Source of the DNA: Octopus vulgaris
Lineage: Eukaryota
DNA length: 64,000 nucleotides
Direction of reading: 5' to 3'
NCBI GenBank assembly: GCA_951406725.2
Contig: OX597816.1
Location: forward strand, 172,670,001-172,734,000
Positions within the stretch are counted from its first letter, which is position 1; each line of letters opens with the position of its first letter. Both the position numbers and the translations under genes were made by a program. Positions 52,850 to 64,000 of the stretch are shown piece by piece. The notes beneath the pieces are model-generated. The model saw only the letters and a program-made list of their open reading frames with translations, was not told where the DNA came from and did no database searches.

Positions 52850-53560
52850 TTCTTTATCAACCACAAGAGTTTACATTAAGAAAAACATTATGGACAATAC
52901 AGAATAAAGCAAAAGAATGTGTGTGTGAGAGTGTGTTGTTGTGAGGGTTTTGCGTGTAAAAATATTAACAAAAATTTTTTTAAAATCAACAATGTGTAAT
53001 CCTCATTAGGGAGGAGACGTTCGAGGGCAGCTCATGGAAAAAAAAAGACTCCATTTTAATACCATGGGCACCTTGACTTTATGGGCAGGTACATTTTTCC
53101 TTTCTTTTTCTCCAACTACAGGCGTATGCTCAGTCAAGCCCCCTACACTCGCATCATTCTCACCCCTTTCATCTACCTTTCAGCAAACTGGTTAGAAGAC
53201 AACACTTCCCCCTCTACCCTTATTTTCCTTTCCAAGTGAAATTTCAAGAAGTTGATCGGGGATTGGCCAAAGAGAAAAGTGTTTCTTTTCAGCCCCTTCA
53301 ATCTCGTTCACATCTTTCGCCATGACCACCAGGCATATCTCTTTTACTCTTTTACTCTTTTATTTGTTTCAGTCATTTGACTGCGGCCATACTGGAGCAC
53401 CGCCTTTAGTCGAGCAAATCGACCCCGGGACTTATTCTTTGTAAGCCTAGTACTTATTCTATCGGTCCCTTTTGGCCGAACCGCTAAGTTAAAAGGACGT
53501 AAACACACCAGCATCGGTTGTCAAGCGATGCTGAGGGGACAAACACAGACACACAAACAT

Positions 53561-53601
<41 letters not shown>

Positions 53602-53828
53602 CATATATACGACGGGCTTCTTTCAGTTTCCGTCTACCAAATCCACTCACAAGGCTTTGTTCGGCCCGAGGCTATAGTAGAAGACACTTGCCCAAGGTCC
53701 GCGCTGTGGGAGTGAACCCGGAACCATGTGGTTGGTAAGCAAGCCATTTACCACACAGCCACTCTTACGCCTATAAACGCAGTCTTTCCTTCCCGGTTAA
53801 AGGAAGGCGGCAGGCGATTGCACGATGG
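52850..53828 (-). mobile_element. Tx1/L1-like LINE 3' fragment interrupted by a SINE A insertion
   Basis: 52850-53337 parallels 33411-33900; similarity resumes after the SINE at 53773-53828. Confidence 0.7.
53340..53772 (-). mobile_element. SINE family A, full length
   Basis: Tail, core and head present. Confidence 0.9.
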
Positions 53829-53950
53829 TAAATAATAATAATTCTTTCTTTGTTGGCCACGATGGCTGCACATAAAGCAAATGACGATTTAACCCTGAGG
53901 ACAACGGGGATTTACATGTAAACAGTAAAAAGAAAAAAAAATTAACAATA

Positions 53951-54347
53951 GGCGCAGGAGTGGCTGTGTGGTAAGTAGCTTGCTTACCAACCACATGGTT
54001 CCGGGTTCAGTCCCACTGCGTGGCACCTTGGACAAGTGTCTGCTACTATAGCCCCGGCCCGACCAATGCCTTGTGAGTGGATTTGGTAGACGGAAACTGA
54101 AAGAAGCCTGTTGTATATATGTATATATATGCGTGTTTGTGTGTCTGTGTTTGCCCCCTAGCATTGCTTGACAGCCGATGCTGGTGTGTTCACGTCCCCG
54201 TTACTTAGCGGTTCGGCAAAAGAGACAGATAGAATAAGTACTGGGCTTACAAAGAATAAGTCTTGGGGTCGATTTGCTCGACTAAAGGCGGTGCTCCAGC
54301 ATGGTCGCAGTCAAATGACTGAAACAAGTAAAAGAGTAAAAGAGAGT
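53951..54347 (+). mobile_element. SINE family A, full length
   Basis: Head, core and tail present. Confidence 0.9.
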
Positions 54348-54711
54348 AACAAAAATTCAAACAAAAAAATTCTCCGAATGAGGGGATGCTCCATCCAAGG
54401 GTAACCAAAAAATTCTTGCACACAACTTGGACTCCTCGATCTCCAAGGGCACCTCAGACACGCACTCCTCTCCCTTCCAATCCGATCCACTCCCTTCAGC
54501 ATGTACAGAGTTGGCCCATCCACACAGGTAATAATCTTCGCCGCATTCACCCACTTCTTAACAAAAATATTGCAAGGTAGCACTTCTCTCTCCAACTTCC
54601 CGACCCTTTTCAAATGCAACTTCAAAAAGTCGATGAAGCCTTGGCCGAAGAGAAAAGTGTCTTTCTTTATTCTTTTCAACCTCGTCCACCACACTACCTC
54701 TTTCGCCATAG
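54348..54711 (-). mobile_element. Tx1/L1-like LINE C-terminal fragment
   Basis: MAKEVVWWTRLK...FLFGQGFIDFLKLHLK...KWVNAAK, homologous to the 31872-32243 ORF. Confidence 0.7.
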
Positions 54712-54713
54712 AC

Positions 54714-55017
<304 letters not shown>

Positions 55018-55018
<1 letters not shown>

Positions 55019-55613
55019 TCTTTGGGGTTTGAATAATTCACCTCTGGAAACATGGGTGTTTCGTTCACCATCCTTAAACAAGATTTTGAGCGGGATGGGT
55101 TGTTCGACCAGAAGAAAATTCTAACTGGGCCCCACCTGCAAGGTCATGTGCTGTTTATCTTGATATAAGATCACTATGTCGCGCACATGTGGTTGTGATG
55201 CAATTACCTGGTGTACCCTTATCGGACAGGGTAGTCATGATGGGTTCACTGGGCCATGTATAGTTTACACCAGTGTCACTTTGATGGCATGCACTACTCT
55301 CTCACTCAATAATAATAATAATAATGATAATTCTTTGGGGTTTGAATAATTCACCTCTGGAAACATGGGTGTTTCGTTCACCATCCTTAAACAACATTTT
55401 GAGCGGGATGGGTTATTCGACCAGAAGAAAATTCTAACTGGGCCCCCACCTGCAAGGCCCATGTGCTTGTTTATCATGATATGAGATCACCATGTCGCGC
55501 ACATATGGTTGTGATGCATGTACCTGGTGTACCCTTATCAGACAGGTAGTCATGATGGGCTTCGCATATTTTACCCCAGTGTCACTTTGATGGCACGCAC
55601 TGCTCTCTCATTC
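55018..55613 (+). repeat. Two tandem copies of a roughly 290-bp (AAT)n-tailed repeat, probably a retroelement 3' end
   Basis: Both copies start TTCTTTGGGGTTTGAATAATTCACC and end CACT(G/A)CTCTCTCA(C/T)TC(AAT)n; the same 3' end occurs at about 52715-52760. Confidence 0.75.
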
Positions 55614-55663
<50 letters not shown>

Positions 55664-56352
55664 TGATGATGATGATGATGAGGAGGATGAGGATGATGAT
55701 GATAATTTCTTTATTAACATTAAAGGTAAGCGAGTAAACAACGAAAACGACAATAATATGATGTTTAATAACGAAAAATTCTCCAAAAGAGGTTGATTTC
55801 GTAGGGCTGTTCGTGGATCCCATAAAACTGCGGTCGCCTTGACTACATCATCCTCCATCAACTTACAGGCACGTACTGAGAGTAAGCCCGTTTAGTCGGG
55901 CCATTCTTGTCGCATTCACCTGCCTTTCAATAAAATTACTGGGAGGCAACACTTTTCCGTCTACCCTCACCTTCCATTCCGAGTGAAACTTCTACCAGTT
56001 GAGGGGTTGACCAAAAAGAGCGAAGTGTCTTCAACCTTTTCCATCTGGTCCACAATCTATTTATTCAGCCAGTTTCTTTTCCTCTGTTGCCAGCCCTTGC
56101 CACTCAGATCGAGTTTTGCTTGGCTCTAGTTTTAGTTTTGTGCCCTTCTGTCTGTAAATTTTCTGTTATTGTCCTGATTTGTTAAAGATATCAACCAAAA
56201 GCTTACACACTCACACACATGCGCTTACACGTGCGCACAAAAACACACGTTCCAGATGTATTAGATATTAAGTATGTGTGTGTGTGTGTGCATGGATTTT
56301 TTTGTTGCATACACATATTTACATACATATTGCACATATTTACAGAAGCATG

Positions 56353-56406
<54 letters not shown>

Positions 56407-56473
56407 TTTGTACATATTTATTTATATATATATATACGTACATACATATATATATATATATATTATGTATATG

Positions 56474-56524
<51 letters not shown>

Positions 56525-56624
56525 TCTTCTAAATGTTTCACGTTCTTGTCCCAGTTTGTATTTTTTTACATTTATATATATATATATCTTTATCTATGTA
56601 TCATGTATATGTATGTATATTTCC

Positions 56625-56785
<161 letters not shown>

Positions 56786-56786
56786 A

Positions 56787-56859
<73 letters not shown>

Positions 56860-57194
56860 TGCACTTCCTATTCGAGGCTCCGATACACCTATGGAATGTT
56901 ACTCAAGCACTTAAGAGACCACTCCATCTCATAATAGAAACACCTTTAAGCTAATGAGGTTCATAACATAACGTTCAATGTTTTACCTGTGTCATCCCTA
57001 CTTCTCTCTCTATATATATATATCATTAAATATGACGGTTTTTTTTTAGAACACCTACGCTGCTAGAAATAAGAGCTAAAGGACTCTGTTGGTGCTGTCA
57101 ACTCACATATAATAGTATACATACATGACATTAATTGTTCACTTTTTTGGTGAAACTCTGCTAACTAGGTACCCTATTTAATTATTTTTGTGTA

Positions 57195-57245
<51 letters not shown>

Positions 57246-57619
57246 TATTATTGTTCTTTCTTAGGAAATATATACACCTGATAAAAAGAAGTGACATAAG
57301 ATTAGAATTAAGATATAAACTCGAATTAGGCAATCATATTCATACATTTATAAATTCGACTTAAAATGCGTATACATACATTAATACATATTGACACATA
57401 TGAATATCTTTAAAAATATTTATAAAATATAAATATACATAAAAATACATGTAAATAAAAAATGTGGAATACGTAATATTTACGTGTATATAAATATATA
57501 TTATATATACTTATATGTATACTTTTATGTATACATATATGTTGTATACATATATTTCACATATATTTTAGATAAAATATATGTATCACACACACACACT
57601 TCTAACTAAAATCATTACA

Positions 57620-58043
57620 TACTCTTTTACTCTTTTACTTGTTTCAGTCATTTGACTGCGGCCATGCTGGAGCACCGCCTTTAGTCGAGCAACTCGACCC
57701 CAGGACTTATTCTTTGTAAGCCTAGTACTTATTCTATCGGTCTCTTTTGCCGAACCACTAAGTAACGGGGACATAAACACACCAGCATCGGTTGTCAAGC
57801 AATGCTAGGGGGACAAACACAGACACACAAACACACTCACGCATATATATATATATATATACATATATATACGTATATACGACGGGCTTGTTTCAGTTTC
57901 CGTCTACCAAATCAACTGACAAGGCTTTGGTCGGCCCGAGGCTATAGCAGAAGACACTTGCCCAAGGTGCCACGCAGTGGGACTGAACCCGGAACCATGT
58001 GGTTGGTAAACAAGCTACTTACCACACATCCACTCCTACGCCT
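57620..58043 (-). mobile_element. SINE family A, full length
   Basis: Tail, core and head present. Confidence 0.9.
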
Positions 58044-58350
58044 ATACATATGTAATCTCTTTTCAAATATTTTTTTAAAATTCAATATTTATAAAATACA
58101 CCTGCTTATATCAGAGGGTGTGATATAAGAGGGAGGTTTCTGTAATCAGGCAGGAAATATTTTCAACTGTTTATTTTATAACGTCGCAATAAAACAGGTG
58201 TAAGTTGTTCCAGGTGATTTCCGTTTACCACAGTTGTGATTTCTTGATTGCTAATGTTTCACTCGAACCTTCCTCAAAATTCGATTCCTTTGTAAAATTT
58301 TAGCTAAAGTTTAACAACATCTCCTAAAAGTTAAATTTGAATAGGAAATG

Positions 58351-58795
58351 GGATCTTTTCGGTTTGAACGGCAGTTTTTAACATAATTTCTAGGTAACTA
58401 AAAAAATTTAAACTTCGTATACTGGTAGAATGTGTTTATAAAACATCTTTTTCTCTTGGCTTTATTGAGAAAATTCTATGGTTTGTAAGATATTTGTTGT
58501 TTTTTTCTTCAATTTCTGCAATTTCAACCAATGACTGACGTCTATTGAGGTAAAAAAAAAACACATTCTGTGCCGTATGAATATGTCCCTCGTTTAAGAA
58601 ACAGATTGGGTTTATTTACATTTGTGACGAAAAACAGATACTCTTCCCCCCACCTCTAACCCTAACCCTAACCCTAACCATCCCTAATCCCCAAACAGAT
58701 TGAAATGCAATAGATCGATACTAGGGTCATAATTATGGGTGACAATTTCATATGACACCGCTAGAAAAAAACTGCAGTTCAAACCGAAAAGATCT
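58351..58795. mobile_element. Non-autonomous TIR DNA transposon with 8-9 bp TSD (Merlin-like by end structure)
   Basis: TIRs GATCTTTTCGGTTTGAAC-GGCAGTTTTT and AAAAACTGCAGTTCAAACCGAAAAGATC. TSD AGGAAATG at 58343-58350 and 58796-58803. Internal (CTAACC)4. Confidence 0.8.
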
Positions 58796-59078
58796 AGGAA
58801 ATGTATAATAGAACTTTAAATCTACTTTTGATAACATCTTACTGTTACGAAAACCACGTTGTCCGGATTTAATTTTTTGGAAAACTGGCGAATATTCAGT
58901 TATTAACTGCCAGAGAAACATGCACTCACATTCCGAAGAACTTACATTCCAGACGTTCGTTTTAAAATTTCGTTTCACCATTCCTTCGTTCTTCTATAAA
59001 ATGTTTGGACTGGACGTTAATGATTTAACTTCTTTACTGTCCTTCGTATATTTTTTCGTATGTGTATATGGAATATGG

Positions 59079-59109
<31 letters not shown>

Positions 59110-59150
59110 TGTATGTATGTATGTATGTATGTATGCATGTATGTATGTAA

Positions 59151-59199
<49 letters not shown>

Positions 59200-59222
59200 C
59201 ATATATATAGATAGAATGATTC

Positions 59223-59290
<68 letters not shown>

Positions 59291-59534
59291 GTATACATAT
59301 ATATACATACATATATATAGATAGAATGATTCATATATATATATGCATATATATATATATACATACATATAACACACACACATACACACACACACACACT
59401 CATACACACACACACACACATATATATAGATATACCGGAGTGAACACATAAATGTGAAACAAGGTGGAAAAAAGAGTACTCAAATACCAGTGGTAGAGTA
59501 ATATGCTAATAGATAGATGTATATATATATATAT

Positions 59535-59655
<121 letters not shown>

Positions 59656-59795
59656 CAGATAGATATGTGTATGTATATATAAATATATAAATATGTAAAT
59701 AGATCCAAGAATGCTATTTAAAGTCAGTTTCAGCTGTTGAGTTTTCGGAAATAGTGCTACCTACACACACACAGACACAGACACACACACACACA

Positions 59796-59838
<43 letters not shown>

Positions 59839-59913
59839 ACACACACACACACATTAGCATGCATATACGTATATGACTCATATCTGCTGTAACCTCACAA
59901 TGTCTCAGACATA

Positions 59914-59945
<32 letters not shown>

Positions 59946-59947
<2 letters not shown>

Positions 59948-60038
59948 TTATTTTATAGAGGGAGCTTCTACAGGACTAGAACTGTTTCATTCAAAAGAAA
60001 TCATCAGGTCCTGTAGAAGCTCCTTCTATAAAATAAAT
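59946..60038 (-). ncRNA. Hammerhead-ribozyme-like motif enclosed in a 31-bp inverted repeat (possibly inactive)
   Basis: Minus strand: ...CTACAGGAC CTGATGA TTTC TTTT GAAT GAAA CAGTTC TA GTCCTGTAG...; stem III is imperfect. Confidence 0.45.
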
Positions 60039-60103
60039 TAATTTACTCTGCTATGTATTGAGTACCTTATTTACTGTGGTTAACCCCGACTCAACCCGGG
60101 ACC

Positions 60104-60140
<37 letters not shown>

Positions 60141-60454
60141 TACAAGGCTGTGTGGTAAAAGGCTTGCTTCCCAACCACATGGTTCTCGGTTCAGCCCCGT
60201 TGTGTGACGCCTGATGAAAGAAAACCAGTAGCCAACCACTACATGTAGTTTCCTTGCGACTGCGACAACGTCAGGGACAACTAGAAATGAACAAAAACAG
60301 TATATAATAAACATGGAATATCACAACCTAATCAGATACTTTCATATGGTTGACATCAAAGGCGTTTATGGGCACACGGTGGGTGTGTGCGTGCGCGCGC
60401 GTACGTCTGCTGGTGGCAGCGTACCAGACTCGAACCCTCACGATCGCTACAAAT

Positions 60455-60692
60455 GCAAGACACTTTATTTCACGTTGCTCCAGTCCAGTCACCTGGCAAA
60501 AATGAGTAGTACCTGCATTTCAAAAGGGTCAGCCTTGTCACACTCTGTGTCACGTTGAATCTCCCTGATAATTACGTTAGGGGTACACGTGTCGGTGGAA
60601 TGCTCACCCACTTGCACGTTAATTTCACGAGCAGGCTATTCCGTCGATCGTATCAGCTGGGACCCTCATCGTCGTAACCGACGGAGTGCTTC
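60455..60692 (+). mobile_element. SINE B' variant, 5'-truncated
   Basis: GCAAGACACTTTATTTCACGTTGCTCCAGTCC...CGTAACCGACGGAGTGCTTC, matching the reverse complement of 13897-14130. Confidence 0.8.
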
Positions 60693-60973
60693 TTGTGTAT
60701 GTATATATATATATATATAATTTTGGATCACTACTTAGCAAATGCGTATCACCAGCATAGAAACTGCATCACAGAGGTTTACTTTCTTCATCCGCGTTAG
60801 AAAGCACTTCGCTTGTGTGCGTGTGTGCGAGTAGAGGATTTTGATGAGAATTCCATACCAGTTTAAGCAATATCAGCCCTTTGATCCCTGACTTCCTGGA
60901 CCTTATTTGACCATATACTTGGCTTCCTGATGCACTCCACCGGCAGAGCGGTGCTACGGTATAGAGAAAAATA

Positions 60974-61177
60974 TATTTCTTTACTACCCACAAGAGGCTA
61001 AACACAGAGAGGACAAACAAGGACAGACAAACAGATTAAATCGATTACATCGACCCCAGTGCGTAACTGGTACTTAATTTATCGACCCCCAAAAGGATGA
61101 AAGGCAAAGTCGACCTCGGCGGGATTTGAACTCAGAACGTAACGGCAGACGAAATACGGCTACGCATTTCGCCCGGC
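60974..61177 (-). mobile_element. SINE family C copy
   Basis: TTTCTTTACTACCCACAAG...GAAAGGCAAAGTCGACCTCGGCGG...TTTCGCCCGGC. Confidence 0.85.
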
Positions 61178-61427
61178 AAGCCATCCACTGCTAAACCAGT
61201 GTTACGGACTCAAAGGGTTAAGAAAGGAAGGAGAAAGTACACATACGCTCTCCCTCTCTTTCTTTCACTCTCTCTTTCTCTCTCTCTCACTCTCTCTTTC
61301 TCTCTCACACACACACAGAGTTATGTATACACGCATTTATAGGACATAAAATTGGAAAAGAAACAAGTTTCTACAACTTACATTTGACTCTATATATCAC
61401 ACACATACATTAATACACACATACCCT

Positions 61428-61462
<35 letters not shown>

Positions 61463-61675
61463 ATATATAAATATATATATTTATATTTATATACATATAT
61501 ATATAAATATATATATATATTTATATTTATATTTATATTTATATACATATATATATAAATTTTTATATATATATATACACACACACACACACAAACATAT
61601 ACATTATATGTACATATATTATGCGTATATTTATACGTATGCATATGTATATATATATACATATCCGTATATATG

Positions 61676-61729
<54 letters not shown>

Positions 61730-61921
61730 TGTGCTCACCACGGTATTGGTGGATAAATATGATTTATTTTGGCTTAACAAGGCTACCAATAGTTTCATGT
61801 TATTTGAACCAACACTTCCATGCGGTTTGCTTCAACAATTGGGAAGATCATTTCACATGAAACTAATACTGATCTTGTTAAGCCACAAATAATATATATT
61901 ATATATTTATATATTTGCGTA

Positions 61922-61995
<74 letters not shown>

Positions 61996-62399
61996 CGTGC
62001 GTGTGTGTGTGCAAGTACTGCTAACATGTACTCCAGTAAAACCATTACATGATCAGGTCCGATTGTTTACTTCGGGTTTTCAGTGAACATAACATCCTTT
62101 GGTTGATAGGTCAACAATAAGTCGTGGTTGCTCTGATTTCGTTGTAGTCCTTTGCACATGGTTAATGTGATACGTTAAAAAGAAATTAATTTAAATTTCT
62201 TTGATATCACAAAGGGGATGTTGGTCATGTTTTGTAAACTTTTTAGAGAAATGTTATAAGAGTGAAGGTCTTTAAATGCTATAGGTTTTTTGGTATGTGT
62301 ATTTAAGGACGTGAGTTCTGAGATCTGATAATACTTCATATTTCCCGAAAGACTATGGAATGTAATTCCTATCAGAGTTTCTGGGAAGAGGTATAATGT

Positions 62400-62830
62400 A
62401 CAGAGACTTTTATTTGTGGTTAAGGTCTTCGACTTGGGTTCCTCATTCAGTAAATAATTTTGTAATCTCTCCATTCGGTAGCTAAGGTCTGGGCTGTGGG
62501 CAGTAGTACAGCCTGGTCAGAAATCAAAGAATTTTCAGTGTCAGTATTACTATCAGATCTCTGAAAGTAAAGGTACCAAACCATTGACCCATTGAGCTCC
62601 CATGTTCATATTTTGAAGTGTTTCTCTGTTGGGATAAGGTAAGGTGTTTGTTCGGGAATTCTCGTTCCTCAACGGAGGGCATCGAATTTTGTGACTTTCT
62701 ATGACATTGTCAATCGCCCAGTTGTACATGGCGTCCAGGTCTCGCCAGAGGGCGTAGACATCGTTAAGTGTCCTTATCTCTAGCATCACTTTTGTGTCGT
62801 CTGCATAATTGTTGAATATGGTCGATTGTA
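62400..62830 (-). mobile_element. CR1/L2-like LINE reverse transcriptase fragment (decayed; boundaries approximate)
   Basis: Minus-strand NYADDTKVMLEI...RDLDAMYNWAIDN with YADD at about 62796-62807; downstream YYCPQP remnant. Confidence 0.7.
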
Positions 62831-63701
62831 TGTTTTTGTATTATCCGTTGTTGTTCTAATGTTTGTTGGGTGATTCTAAAAAGATTGCAGTCATTTCTTG
62901 TTTGTAATGCGATTATGTTTTCTCACATCAAGTGATTTCGAGAAAGTTTGATTTGAGCATGTGATAATTGTTGAGGGGCAGTAGGATGAAATATAATTTA
63001 ATATCAGTCTTCTTCAGAAATTGATTTCGTTTTCTTTATTCATTATTTAGCCCTTTTTTTTTCCATGAAAATATATTTTTCGTTTGGTCAATATTCATTC
63101 ACTTCATCTTCCCCCATTATTTAGCTGTTTTTCTTCTTTGTAGATGAGAGAACTTTATTGAAATATTTCCTCTTTTTTAGTGAACATCTACAACAGATAG
63201 GACCGTATTGTAATTCATAGGGATTTGGTTGGGATTGTCCTGGTTTTTCAGATTCTATGTTGTCTATAATGTTGCTATGTTTATGACAGTGTGTGCTTTC
63301 GAGAAAATTTGGCTGTTTAGGTTGGGGAGGGGATTTTCTAAAGACATGTACACTTCTCCCACATTAGAATACTTAGCATTGATTCTGCAAGGACTTACTA
63401 CTTTCATATCCCCTTAGTTATTTCCTCCTTGTAGTGGTACATTATTGACTCATTGCTCTTGATTAAGGATATTTTTGCTTAGTATCTCTTTTCAGCAAGT
63501 AAATATTTACTTTACTATTTCTTCATTATTTAGACAGTTCTTTCGACTGTGTGGATAAACGCTTTTGATTGACAAAATTCCCCAACTTCACAAATGCACT
63601 TTTTTATTATTATTTTAGTAACACTGTATAGAAATATTGTTATACATGGCGATGGTCATCTTTTGCCAATTAAACACACGCACTATTTATTTGATCTCCA
63701 C

Positions 63702-63702
<1 letters not shown>

Positions 63703-63775
<73 letters not shown>

Positions 63776-63786
63776 CATCATTATTA

Positions 63787-63849
<63 letters not shown>
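63703..63849. repeat. (TTA)n microsatellite
   Basis: Direct reading. Confidence 0.95.
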
Positions 63850-64000
63850 GCTATTTGTCAGAGTTCTTCCGCCGTACATTCTGTGACCTCTTCAACGACA
63901 CTCGGTCCCATGTGTTTCCTCTTTTCTGCTTGTTCCATTTTATATGGAGACATATAAACGTATTTGTGAAGAGACAACGTCAGATTTATTTGCAGACTTG

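Noticed and set aside
58656-58679. True telomere or chromosome fusion site
   Set aside because: Only four hexamers, located inside a TIR element
60211-60226. CTGATGAAAGAAAACC as a hammerhead core
   Set aside because: No room for stem II and no flanking stems

Overview
Repeat-saturated animal genomic DNA. The SINE sequences and (TATG)n/(GT)n/(AAT)n load suggest an octopus; that assignment is from recall and unverified. Almost all ORFs in the track are microsatellite artefacts. The only convincing host coding signal is a short first exon at 46770-46878 (+). It encodes an N-terminal SNAG-like motif (MPRSFMVK...) and ends at a GTGAGT donor, pointing to a Snail/Scratch/Gfi-type transcription repressor. 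No DNA-binding exons are recognisable in the window. The rest is transposon debris: three tRNA-derived SINE families with swapped modules; RTE, Tx1/L1-like and CR1-like LINE fragments; Penelope-like fragments with hammerhead-ribozyme remnants; mariner and DD37D (maT) relics; two non-autonomous Helitrons; and several MITEs. Notable structures are a hammerhead-like core in a 31-bp hairpin (59946-60038), a 106-copy 16-bp minisatellite with two binary sites, a 171-bp inverted duplication and a 20-nt micro-inversion between two RTE copies. I found no unambiguous new system; the ribozyme-bearing Penelope-like repeats and modular SINEs are the best leads.
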